Shown here: piece by piece, positions 30,922 to 41,056 of the stretch
Layout of the letters: every line of letters begins with the position of its first letter
Numbering within the stretch: position 1 is the first letter of the stretch
Origin: Planctomycetales bacterium
GTDB lineage: Bacteria > 4484-113
Assembly: GCA_037441675.1 (NCBI GenBank)
Contig: JBBIRS010000006.1
Location: forward strand, 55,458 to 119,457
Direction of reading: 5' to 3'
Length of the DNA: 64,000 bases
Notes under the pieces: generated by a model
Told to the model about the DNA's origin: nothing
Seen by the model: only the letters and a program-made list of their open reading frames with translations
Databases searched by the model: none
Translations under genes and position numbers: made by a program

Positions 30922-31353
30922 TCACAAACAAGGACACTTTACGCGAAGTGCGCAGTACTCCACACCGCATAGAAAACCGAGCATAATTTCTTCTAAGACT
31001 GTGCAGGGTAACTCGTGGCCCTCAGCAATCTCCCAAGTAAAGCTGTCCCTGCACTCGACCGGAGTTTTTGCGATGATAATTGGTTCTCCATAATACTTAC
31101 ACTGAGTACCACCCGATATCACACACGTAGTGCTGTCTGATTCGCATTCCCAGTCATAAATTTGAATAGGACAATTTGAGTCTACAAGAATGACGCAATT
31201 CGTTCCTGCTATTTGGAGGGGAAACATGTCCATCTTCATACTATCTGTCATAGCCCTGCTTCAGACAACAAACTGCCATCAACAGTAATATACCTTAAGT
31301 ACTTTTTTCCCAAGGAACAAATGTTTACTTTTGAGGTGGCTGTCGTTTACCAT
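30922..31353 (-). pseudogene. Cys-rich small exported protein with disrupted 5' signal region
   Basis: 11 Cys in ORF 30922..31251; upstream ATG 31353 is interrupted by two TGA and a hydrophobic GILLLMAVCC stretch lies in a shifted frame. Confidence 0.4.
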
Positions 31354-31499
31354 TCACTTTCCCGATAATTAGCTCTACTTCTCTCTTGGGCTTTCTTTAC
31401 TTTACGTAAATTCCATCTAAAATCTAATTGTTACTAAGGTTCTCAGGGGTATTTTCGTGCAAACTGATGTTACTAATTAAAGGTATTAAGGAGTAAAAA

Positions 31500-32480
31500 A
31501 TGCGAGCGGTAGTATACTATGAATTTGGAAGTCCTGAAGTACTAAAATTGGTAGAAATTGACAAGCCAGAACCATCTGAAGGTGAAGTTCTCATTCGTCA
31601 CGAGATGATTGGCGTTAACTTCGCGGATACCCTTCAGCGGAGGGGGATGTATGCCCGAGGCGGAATGGTGGATTTTCCAGCCATTCCCGGCTTGGAGGCG
31701 GTTGGTGTGATTGAAGCAGTCGGCGATGGAGTTGATGCGTCCCGTCTTGGCGAGCATGTTGTAGCTTTCTTTCCTAAACCTTGCGCTTATGCGGAGTACT
31801 CCGTATTGCCTGAAAAACTTGCAATCCCAATTCCTAGCGATATTCCTTGGGATATAGCCTGCGCATTTCCAATTCAAGGTATGACCGCGTATTTTATGCT
31901 TCATCGTGTCCATCCAACGAGAAGGGGTGAAACGGTTTTGATACACGCCTGCGCTGGTGGGGTAGGGCTACTAGCGATTCAAATGGCGAAGAACCTGGGC
32001 GCTTTTGCCATAGGAACTTGTTCCAGTGCGAAAAAGGCTGAACTGGCGAGGAGTATGGGCGCGGATTATGTTATTGATTACACAGTGGAGAACTTTACCG
32101 AGAGGGTATTGGAATTCACAAATGGTCGCGGGGTAGATTTAATTCTAGATTCTGTTGGCAAGGATACCTTTGAGAAGGGGCTCAGCATTCTTGCCCCGTT
32201 TGGCAGATTGATTCTCTACGGTTCTTCTAGCGGAACAGTTGATTCAACTAACCCTCAGCTTTTGATGCGTGGAAGCAGAGGCGTGCATGGCTTTTGGCTT
32301 GTGACCGCGCGGGAAAATCCTGAGCTTGCTAGAGAAGGAGCAAATGCGGTTCTAGGTATGTGGAAAAACGGCAAGCTCAAGTTCACAATTGAGGGTATTT
32401 ATCCCATGGAGGAAGTGAGAGAAGTTCATCGGCGACTAGAAAATCGACAGACTTTTGGCAAGCTTTTATTGAAGCCATAA
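31500..32480 (+). CDS. NADPH:quinone oxidoreductase (zeta-crystallin/MDR family)
   Basis: GVNFAD, PGLEAVG, LIHACAGGVG, GVDLILDSVG, GKLLL. Confidence 0.9.
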   Translation: MRAVVYYEFGSPEVLKLVEIDKPEPSEGEVLIRHEMIGVNFADTLQRRGMYARGGMVDFPAIPGLEAVGVIEAVGDGVDASRLGEHVVAFFPKPCAYAEYSVLPEKLAIPIPSDIPWDIACAFPIQGMTAYFMLHRVHPTRRGETVLIHACAGGVGLLAIQMAKNLGAFAIGTCSSAKKAELARSMGADYVIDYTVENFTERVLEFTNGRGVDLILDSVGKDTFEKGLSILAPFGRLILYGSSSGTVDSTNPQLLMRGSRGVHGFWLVTARENPELAREGANAVLGMWKNGKLKFTIEGIYPMEEVREVHRRLENRQTFGKLLLKP

Positions 32481-32637
32481 CTTGGGCATCAACTACCGCT
32501 CTCCATTAAATTTGGCAACAAAGCGCCCAATGGCTTATTCAAGGATAGCGTTCCACCCTTGCGAGGCTATATCCACTAGAATTATCTTTTGCTCGGCAAC
32601 AGTGAACCTTCTGTTTATTCTGTTCGTTAGGGCAGGG

Positions 32638-32877
32638 TTATTCAACTGCAATGAGAGTTTCGGTGAGGAAGTTACCTTCCTTTCTGATAAATTCAGCAAA
32701 CTTTGCAAATGAGTTCAATTTATCCGCACTGCAGGTAATCACGCCATCAAATCTCCCGAAGCAGTAAAGTACACTGTTAACCTCCACATCTTCAGCTTTT
32801 TTAGCAAGCTCTTGAAGTGCCTCTGAGCTAATTACTTCATAACCCGGGCGAGCCTTTATTAGAATTACCGCTTTCAT
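32638..32877 (-). CDS. stand-alone Lrp/AsnC ligand-binding (RAM) domain protein
   Basis: KAVILIKARPG...FGRFD...IRK...TETLI; strong RBS (AGGAGG). Confidence 0.75.
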   Translation of the reverse strand: MKAVILIKARPGYEVISSEALQELAKKAEDVEVNSVLYCFGRFDGVITCSADKLNSFAKFAEFIRKEGNFLTETLIAVE

Positions 32878-33050
32878 TTAACCTTTCCTCCTTAACTATT
32901 TTTAATCGTAATCTCCGTTTTCGAGGAGTTCAATTCTCCTAACTTATAAATATGATAACAGGTCATATCCCACCTGACAAGAACTTTACCTGTGTGTATG
33001 GTCCTAAGTACCTATTGCTTATTTAGGAAAATAAATTAGAAAATTTCTTT

Positions 33051-35913
33051 CTAACGATTTGCTTTAGTCAATTCTTTAACCTTGCTAACAAGCTCTATCG
33101 GTAGAAATGGTTTTTGAAGTAGCTCAACATTTTCCAGCAAAGCTTCATCTTTTAGTTCTTCTTTGGTGTAGCCGCTCATTAGAAGAATCGGAGTAGTTGG
33201 GCTAATCATCCTTATTTCACGTGCGCAATCAATCCCACCCATTTTGGGCATTACTACATCTAAAACAACAGCTGAAACAGTATGAATCTTTTTACCAAAA
33301 TCATTTAGTAAGGCTTCACCGTTGTCATAGCATATGACATTGTATCCGTAACCCTGAAGAATTCTTTCTATTAGCTCACGAATAATCGCCTCGTCTTCAG
33401 CTACTAGAATGGTTCCGGATCCAACAAGCATCTCCTTGGATTCTTCAAGAATTTCCTTCTTTTCTTCTCCAGCTTCAATCGGTAGGTATAGGCGAACTGT
33501 AGTCCCTTTTCCAAGCTCACTTTGACAGCTGGTCAGACCGTTGTGTTGTCGCACAATTCCAGCCACCATTGCCAGTCCTAGTCCGGTTCCTTCTCTAGGG
33601 GCTTTCGTGGTGAAGAAAGGTTCAAACACATGCCGTAATGTTTCTTCGTCCATTCCTATACCAGTGTCTTTTACGCTTATTACACAGTACTCTCCTTTCA
33701 GGTTTTGAAGTTAAGGGTTTCTAATCCAAAAGTGATCGGAAAGTGATAGGTCTCTTGTTTCTATTACTCCTAGCTCAAATGTTAGAGTTCCTCCAGATGG
33801 CATAGCATCTCTAGCGTTTACCGCTAGGTTCAAAAGCGCCTGCTCTAGAAGCCCTGCGTCTAAATTAGTGACAACCTTCTCCTCTGGCAATACAACTTTA
33901 ATCTCAATATTCTCGCGAATCAGTCTCCTTGTAAGGCTGGCAAATTCCGACAAGAATTGATTTAGGTTGGTAGGTTTCTTAGTTATTTCTCTACTTCCTG
34001 TAAATGTCAAAATTCTACTTGTCAGAGTTCTACCTCGTTCAATAGTCGTGAGTATTCTTGTTATCTCGTCGCTAACAATGTTGTTCTCACTAAGTTTTCT
34101 CTTTAAGAGATCCGTATATCCTAAAATAGCAGTTAGCAGATTGTTGAAATCATGAGCCATTCCCCCTGCGAGTGTTCCCAGGGCTTAAATTCTTTGAGCC
34201 TTCGCCAATTGTTCAGTTAGTAGTTTCATCTTGCTCACATCTCGGATTATTAGTAACGCGGCGGGCTTTCCTTCATATGTAATCTTTACACTCGTGACGA
34301 TAGTGTAAATGTTGGTGCCGTCTCGACTTATAAATCTGCCTTCTAAGCTGGGTGGAATACTTTCCTCATCCGCTACATTTGTTTCTAAAAGTTTAGTAAT
34401 AAATTCTTCCGCAACCGCTCTATCTTCAGGATGGATGACTTTCAGCGCTGACATTCCTTCAAGTCTTTCTGGAAAGTTTATTCCAAACATTCTTGCCAGT
34501 TCATTATTAGCCGTAGCAATTTGACCTTCACAAACAAGCGCAATACCACTGGGAGCTTTATTGAATAGAGTCCTATACCTTTCTTCTGATTCAGCTAGCT
34601 TTTCTGTTCTCTCAGCCACTAGCTTATCCAGTTGTTCCAGATGTTTCCTTAGATTCTCCTCCGCCTCAAGTCTTAAGTCCATCGTTGATTGAACTGCTCC
34701 GCAAGTATTCCTATCTCATCTTTTGAGGATACTTTGGCTCTAGCGCTTAACTCTCCTAGGCTGATTCTCACTGCTGCGTTTGCAATTTGTGCTATGGAAC
34801 GTGTTGTAAATGAGCCAACAACATAAGCGAATGCAAGCCCAAGAGTCATAATCATAACAGTGATAACCGCTAGCCTAAGCGCAATTGTTCGCGACGGCTT
34901 GCTTGTTTCATCGGATGGTATCTGGATCATCACGTACCAAGTAGATGCTTTAACGTCATCTCTGGATGATGTAACCAATGCGGGAGCAACGAATATGTGC
35001 TTATCCTTTAACCTCAGAGTGCCGACGATTTTGTCATGTTCGAGTGCCTCAGCGATTAGGATTTTCGGACTATGACCCGCGGCAAATATGGGACTGTTAT
35101 ACTCCACTGGAAGTATCGCATTAAACCATATTGAATTTTCTTTCATCTGAGCAAAAAGGTAGTGTTTGAAATCTTCTGTGATGATTATCTCTGCTTTCTC
35201 AGAGCCAATTTCATATATAATAGGTTTAATTAGTTCCTCTAGCAGTTTTCCCAAATCAATGTAGATTATTACGAAACCTATCGGCTTCCTACTTTTTCAT
35301 CCACAACTTTTGTAGCGGAACCTATGGTGAGGGTTCTTTGGCTGACTTCGCCATTTTCACCCGAGGGAATTTCCATTGGCGAAAGATAAACTCTCTTAAA
35401 TGGTAAGTTCATAAACTCGTTAAAGAATGGCTCATTAGAAATATTTTCAAGCTCGCTATCATTGGTAAATCTAGTAACTTTCCCATCAAAGTCCGCTCTA
35501 ATGATCTCGTTTCCGTTTAGGTCTATATACCTGATGCGCTTGATAATAAGGTGGACTTCCAGCATCAATTTGATAAGCTGTTTGCATTTAACCTTTAATC
35601 TGTTTAAGGTTTCATCTGAGCCGTAAACTTTTGAAGTTCCTAAATTTCGTTCTAGTATTTGGATAACACATTCAGAATTCGCGAGGAGAAGGGTATGCTT
35701 GGAGGTTTCTTTTAGAATTTCTTTTACGTTGGCTGAAAGCTCACGTACCCTTCCGCTATACTCCTGATCTATGAGGCGTATGGTTGTTCTGGAGGTTGAT
35801 ATTATGTCGACTGAGCCAAACGATATACCAGCTATAAGGGTAAGTATCAACAATAATAACGCAAATTTGCCCCTGATCGATAGTAGGTATTTAATTTTGG
35901 TCAATCTACTCAT
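33051..35913 (-). pseudogene. hybrid sensor kinase (TM-Cache-TM-HAMP-PAS-HisKA-HATPase-REC) in five fragments
   Basis: Frameshifts near 35285 and 34680; in-frame TAA at 34185-87 (QRI*ALGTLAGGMAHDFNN) and 33711-13 (NP*LQNLKGEYCVISVKDTGIGMD). Confidence 0.88.
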
Positions 35914-36265
35914 AACTTTATTTGCTAAAGTGCTCTAGTTTTCTGAGATGAAATATATGAATAGAAATGAGGTAATCCTTTGACTGTTTTGGCAGTTTAT
36001 TCCACTGAATGTAGGGCTTTTGAAGCAAAGGTTTTATTCCTAACCTCACATTCCTGTGGCTCGTTGCTTTCCCTGGAAGAATTTTAGCCTTCCTGGTATT
36101 AAAATAAAATTTCATTATTATAATATACAGCTTGTTAACAACGGATGTGTAGATTCTTCCTAAAGCCGAGAAACTGAGGCGAAGTATCCAGTAAAGATTA
36201 AAAAGTAATTTTGGCTACCAAAGCACTTATCCTCTGAGTGATTGCCTCTTTGATAAACTTCTAAT

Positions 36266-37609
36266 GTGAGAAGTCGTATTTACTTCTTAGGATTTTTGTT
36301 TCTCTCCGCAATATTTTTAATAGTTATTTTGGTTAGTGTAAAGCTAAGTGATTTCCAGTCTCAACTCTTTGTGGGAAAGACTAAAAACAAACTAACCAAA
36401 ATTGGCTTCACAAAAGATGGAGTAGAGATGCTAGGCGAGCTTCTCGCTAATACAGGTTATGAGGTGAAGCCTATAAGACTTGCGAGAAGGAATGAGATAA
36501 GGTATCACCTGAATGACAACACAATTGGGGTTGATGAACGATTAACGCTACTCTTCTGGGCGCTACTTCGGAAAATTGATATTTCCTATGAAACAGTGTT
36601 GGATATTGTAACAAATCAAGCAGAAGATCCTCTACATAGTGATGACTGGGACTTTGTTCGCGCTAGGATAAGCGTCTTTTACTCTCATCCGCGTTCCGGT
36701 GGTTTTGAGCTTAAGACATTTCTTCCACTGGCAAAGAATTTCACCTTATCCTCACTAGGATTAACCGAGGCGGACTTGGCAAAGGATAGTGAAACTATTT
36801 CTGGACTACTCAAGGACAAAAACTTGCTATATGTGTTATATGCGATTGGTGTTCTTTACTTAAACGATAGGTATCTTGAAAAAAATATTGCAAAAACTGA
36901 AATTAGTATGGGTCAAAAGGGTATTAGCTCTGATGATGGAATTAGTGGTACTTGGTGTGGAAGTTACGATAAGCTTTTGCCCTGCTTGAGTGAAATTAAA
37001 GATGTGAGACTTCGCCTTCCTCCACCTTTTTTATCTCCATTTGACAGTTTTGAAAATCTTCCTCGCGAACTAAAGCAAACAGGAGAATCTGATTATCCAT
37101 GGGAAAAGATAGATGCATACTCATTCCTTATTGCTTCCGAATGGAAAGACGATGCGCTTAGACGGTTTGTCCAGGGAGATGCCTCAGAGTTGATAGATTT
37201 AATAAATCTTCAAGTTGCATTTTTAAGACTAGAGCCCCCAACGAGCTTTAGCTTTTTACCAGCTCTAGAAGGTTTAGATGTATTGTTCAATGGGATATAT
37301 GAAATTCTTGACATTGATTCTAACACTTCGGAAAGTGATAATTCCAAATCTGCGTTTGGCTTAAAAAAGCAGGATATAACTCTTCAGATAAGTAATGAAC
37401 GCAAAAGATCAATAAAAGAAGTACTACAGAGTTTCAAGGAACTCAAGGATGAGCTAAGGCAGACTGCGGATATTTCCTTACAAGGTAGACTAATGAAGAG
37501 GGAGCTAATAAGCAAAGACCCAAGGACACTATTTGAGAAGCTTTACATCCAAGCTCGCTCTTATTTTATTCAACTCGCCATGGATATGATTGGACTACTT
37601 AAAGGTTAA
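36266..37609 (+). CDS. hypothetical membrane-anchored protein
   Basis: 447-aa ORF with an N-terminal TM; no recognised motif. Confidence 0.65.
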   Translation: MRSRIYFLGFLFLSAIFLIVILVSVKLSDFQSQLFVGKTKNKLTKIGFTKDGVEMLGELLANTGYEVKPIRLARRNEIRYHLNDNTIGVDERLTLLFWALLRKIDISYETVLDIVTNQAEDPLHSDDWDFVRARISVFYSHPRSGGFELKTFLPLAKNFTLSSLGLTEADLAKDSETISGLLKDKNLLYVLYAIGVLYLNDRYLEKNIAKTEISMGQKGISSDDGISGTWCGSYDKLLPCLSEIKDVRLRLPPPFLSPFDSFENLPRELKQTGESDYPWEKIDAYSFLIASEWKDDALRRFVQGDASELIDLINLQVAFLRLEPPTSFSFLPALEGLDVLFNGIYEILDIDSNTSESDNSKSAFGLKKQDITLQISNERKRSIKEVLQSFKELKDELRQTADISLQGRLMKRELISKDPRTLFEKLYIQARSYFIQLAMDMIGLLKG

Positions 37610-37777
37610 AGAAATAGCACTTTTATAGGCGTTTTCTAATACGGCGGCACTTAAAAGGCGTTTATTCAATTACTAGAATAATGTATTTGCGATAAAAATG
37701 CCGATAGGAATAGCTGAACCCTTAAGCAAACTCCGTGAACACTTGCAAAGAGGGTTCTTCAATAGTACCTGCAACAA

Positions 37778-38524
37778 TTACTTGCCTCTTGCGGCAGAAA
37801 ATCTATTAGCTACATCCTGCCAATTAACTACGTTCCACCACGCATCCACGTATGCTCCGCGGTTGTTCTGGTATTTCAGGTAGTAAGCATGTTCCCATAC
37901 ATCAAGCATCAGAAGTGGGACCACCGCTCGCACGGTTTGGTTCTGATGATTTTCAGCTGTATAGATGAGAAGTTGATTACTCAGTTTATCCCAACCAAGA
38001 ATTGCCCAACCGCTCCCTTCAACTGCTTTAGCTTCGGAGGAGTAGTGGGCTTTGAAATTGTTGAAGCTCCCAAAATCCTTGATAATTTGCTTTAACAGTT
38101 CGCCTTCAGGTTCTCCACCTCCGTTTGGACTCATATTTTCCCAAAATATGCAGTGATTTATGTGTCCACTAGCATGGAACGCAAGTTCACGCCCCCAGTG
38201 CTTAACCATGGAAAAATCATTATTCGCTCTTGCTTTTTCAAGAGCTTCCAAAGCGGTATTAGCGCCGTTGACATACGCAAGATGATGTTTATCGTGATGA
38301 AGGCGCATAGTTTGTTCATCAATGTGTGGCTCTAAAGCATTGTAATCATATGGTAGTGGTGGTAATTCGTATCTTGCCATTTTAATTTCCTCCTTCCTTT
38401 TATCTAAAGAATTAGTTAATATCGTCAGAGCCTTTATAGGCTTAAGCAACACTAAAGCAAATCCAGCAAGGCTTAATTCACTAATTGTTCTTATGAACTG
38501 CCTTCTGGTAAGAGAAAAATCCAT
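37778..38524 (-). CDS. sod: Fe/Mn superoxide dismutase with in-frame Tat-like leader (second start at 38380)
   Basis: YELPPLPYDYNALEPHID, HHDKHH, GHINH, GSGW, DVWEHAYY. Confidence 0.95.
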   Translation of the reverse strand: MDFSLTRRQFIRTISELSLAGFALVLLKPIKALTILTNSLDKRKEEIKMARYELPPLPYDYNALEPHIDEQTMRLHHDKHHLAYVNGANTALEALEKARANNDFSMVKHWGRELAFHASGHINHCIFWENMSPNGGGEPEGELLKQIIKDFGSFNNFKAHYSSEAKAVEGSGWAILGWDKLSNQLLIYTAENHQNQTVRAVVPLLMLDVWEHAYYLKYQNNRGAYVDAWWNVVNWQDVANRFSAARGK

Positions 38525-38638
38525 AAACCTACTCTGGCTAACAAAACTAATACTACCCTATGCCTAATGATTTTATCCTAAAATTATGAAACCTAGTTGC
38601 AGAAAAGAATGGCTCGCTTCAAGCTAATTTAGTCCTAC

Positions 38639-39178
38639 TTAGATAAAACGCGCAATAGCGTCATATGGTTTCCTGGAGGATCTCACCTCAAGGTGTTTTG
38701 GCTTACCCACAGGGATTATTGCGACAGGTCTTTCATATTCTTTCAGAGCAAGAACATCACTGACTTTTCCCTCATCAAATGCCCCAACCCAGACCGAGCC
38801 ATAGCCTAGACATTTAGCAGAGATCATCAGATTCATTCCCGCGCAAGCTGTATCTTGGATTGAATAAAGCTCTCGTCCCCGTTTCCCATATCTCCATTCG
38901 CTTTCTCTTGGAATTGCGCAAATAACAAAAACTACTGGTGCTTCCGCTATAAAATTCTGCTCATATGCTGATTGCGCTAACTTTCTTCGCACTTCCGCGT
39001 TGCTAACAACATAGAAACGCCAGGGTTGAAGGTTACCCGCGGATGGCGCCCATCTCATAGCCTCAAGAAGGAGTTGAACGTGCTCTTCAGGTATCTTTTC
39101 ATTTAGGAAAGCTCGGCAACTCTGCCTTTCCAGGATGCATTCCCTAATAAAATCCTCACCCTTCATCCTTCCTCCCAA
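38639..39178 (-). CDS. nitroreductase family protein
   Basis: RQSCRAF, APSAGNLQPW, LGYGSVWVG, IIPVG. Confidence 0.9.
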   Translation of the reverse strand: MGGRMKGEDFIRECILERQSCRAFLNEKIPEEHVQLLLEAMRWAPSAGNLQPWRFYVVSNAEVRRKLAQSAYEQNFIAEAPVVFVICAIPRESEWRYGKRGRELYSIQDTACAGMNLMISAKCLGYGSVWVGAFDEGKVSDVLALKEYERPVAIIPVGKPKHLEVRSSRKPYDAIARFI

Positions 39179-39224
39179 ATGTTGGTTATTTCAATATACG
39201 CTAATGTTTCAAGCATCACTCTCG

Positions 39225-40151
39225 TTATTTAGGCGCACACTCAAAAAGGAATTTGGCGGATTCCTCAACCTCGTCATAACGAGTGAGTTTATCCAACCAT
39301 CTTTTAGGAATACTGTTAATGCCAAGTTTTGCTCCAAGCAATGCGCCAGTAACTGCGCCTGTTGTATCCGCATCATGTCCGAGGGATACTGCCTCAATTA
39401 GCGCTTCTTCAAAACTCTGGGAGTTAAATAGAAACCAGAAGGCAGTTTGAAGGGTATCAAGTACAAACCCCCCCGTTTGAAGTTCTTCTAGTTCTGTGGT
39501 TGGAATGCTTTCAATTCTTTTGGCGACTGCGGGATTCATCCCCCTTGCCCAGGTGAAAACGTCATCGAATGAAATATCATCTCCCAAACTAAGAAAAGCA
39601 ATAGTGTGGTCAATGAGCGAGGCTGAATCTAAGCATCTTGGATCGCCATGGGTAATGCTCGCAACTGCTTTTGAAGCTTCAGTTCTTCTTTCAAAGCTTG
39701 CTCTTCTGAGGTACAAGCCGATCGGTGGGGTTCTCATTATACAACTATTTCCCGCTAGCCAACCTCCACTTTCCTTCCATACAGTTCTACCCGCCTCTTC
39801 GGGTGGAACGCCTCTCATCAATGCTTCAATTGCTTGGTAGGTTTGTCCGCCTATATCTTTTGGCTGAGTTTTCATCCACATAATTAAGCCATTTGCAATT
39901 TCATTAAGGTCAATTCCACCTGCTTGCTGGATTGCTTTCGTGATAATAAGTGCAAGCTCGGTATCGTCAGTGAATTCTCCCGGTCTTAAGTTTAGCCAGC
40001 CTCCCCCTATCATTTCCTTTATCTTCCCATACTTCTGTCTTACTTCTTCTCGGGGTATTCCCTCTAACGGTGCTCCTAATGCGTCTCCTACCGCGAGCCC
40101 AAATATACAGCCGAATACTCTATCTCTTTCCCCCACTTCCATCTTGGTCAA
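39225..40151 (-). CDS. ADP-ribosylglycohydrolase (DraG/ARH family)
   Basis: GLAVGDALG..E, TDDT, AGNSCIMR, THGD, GHDADTT. Confidence 0.92.
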   Translation of the reverse strand: MTKMEVGERDRVFGCIFGLAVGDALGAPLEGIPREEVRQKYGKIKEMIGGGWLNLRPGEFTDDTELALIITKAIQQAGGIDLNEIANGLIMWMKTQPKDIGGQTYQAIEALMRGVPPEEAGRTVWKESGGWLAGNSCIMRTPPIGLYLRRASFERRTEASKAVASITHGDPRCLDSASLIDHTIAFLSLGDDISFDDVFTWARGMNPAVAKRIESIPTTELEELQTGGFVLDTLQTAFWFLFNSQSFEEALIEAVSLGHDADTTGAVTGALLGAKLGINSIPKRWLDKLTRYDEVEESAKFLFECAPK

Positions 40152-40168
40152 AATTATAGCACTATCAT

Positions 40169-41035
40169 CTAAAATTTCGCTTGCGCTTTAGCGCAAATGA
40201 GTATATTCTCCATCAGTTGGGCTATGGTCATAGGTCCTACCCCTCCCGGGACTGGTGAAATGGCGTAAACCTCATCTTTCACTTCGTCAAAATCTACATC
40301 TCCAACAAGCCGTTGTTCTCCTTGCTCGCTTAGTTCTCTATTGACACCAACGTCAACAACAATTGCTCCTTGACGAACGAAATTTTTCCTCACGAGTCTA
40401 GCTCTCCCGACTGCGCAGATGAGAATATCCGCCTCTCTTGTAACATTCTCAAGCTCCCTTGTTTTAGAATGACAAATGGTAACCGTAACGTTTTCTGCTA
40501 AGAGCAAAGCGGACAGCGGTTTTCCAACAATATTACTTCTTCCAATAATTACAGCATGTTTTCCTTCAATATTTAATTCATAGAATTTAAGCAACTTGAT
40601 GATACCTTCTGGCGTGCAAGGTTTCACGTAGGCATTTCCAAGCCATAGTTTGCCCACGTTCTCAGGATGTAAGCAGTCAACATCCTTCAGGGGATTAATC
40701 CTTGCCATCACCAGTTCCGATGATATATGGGAAGGTAATGGAAGCTGGATTAGTATTCCATTCACATCCCAGTTTTCATTGAGCTCGTCAATTAGATTGA
40801 GGAGAGAATTCTCACTTATTTCTGCTGGAAAGTGATGGAGTGTGCTAGTGATACTTAGTTTCTTCGCGACTTTAATCTTGTTATTAACATATACAGTGGA
40901 AGCAGGATCATCACCCACCTGAATAACCGCTAAATGCGGTGCAGGTTTACCGAGCTCTAAAATTTTGCTAAGTTCGCCAGTCACTTGAGATAACAGTTTT
41001 TCAGCTGCAGGTTTACCTGCTAGAAGTATTTCCAA
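40169..41035 (-). CDS. folD: bifunctional methylenetetrahydrofolate dehydrogenase/cyclohydrolase
   Basis: YVNNK, GILIQLPLP, KDVD, PCTP, GRSNIVGKP, PVPGGVGPMT. Confidence 0.97.
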   Translation of the reverse strand: MEILLAGKPAAEKLLSQVTGELSKILELGKPAPHLAVIQVGDDPASTVYVNNKIKVAKKLSITSTLHHFPAEISENSLLNLIDELNENWDVNGILIQLPLPSHISSELVMARINPLKDVDCLHPENVGKLWLGNAYVKPCTPEGIIKLLKFYELNIEGKHAVIIGRSNIVGKPLSALLLAENVTVTICHSKTRELENVTREADILICAVGRARLVRKNFVRQGAIVVDVGVNRELSEQGEQRLVGDVDFDEVKDEVYAISPVPGGVGPMTIAQLMENILICAKAQAKF

Positions 41036-41056
41036 TCGTTGCTCTTTCTCCTTTGT

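Noticed and set aside
31252..31353. Selenocysteine read-through of two TGA codons upstream of the Cys-rich ORF
   Set aside because: No SECIS-like hairpin was recognised, and the hydrophobic signal-like stretch is in another frame, which indicates frameshift decay.
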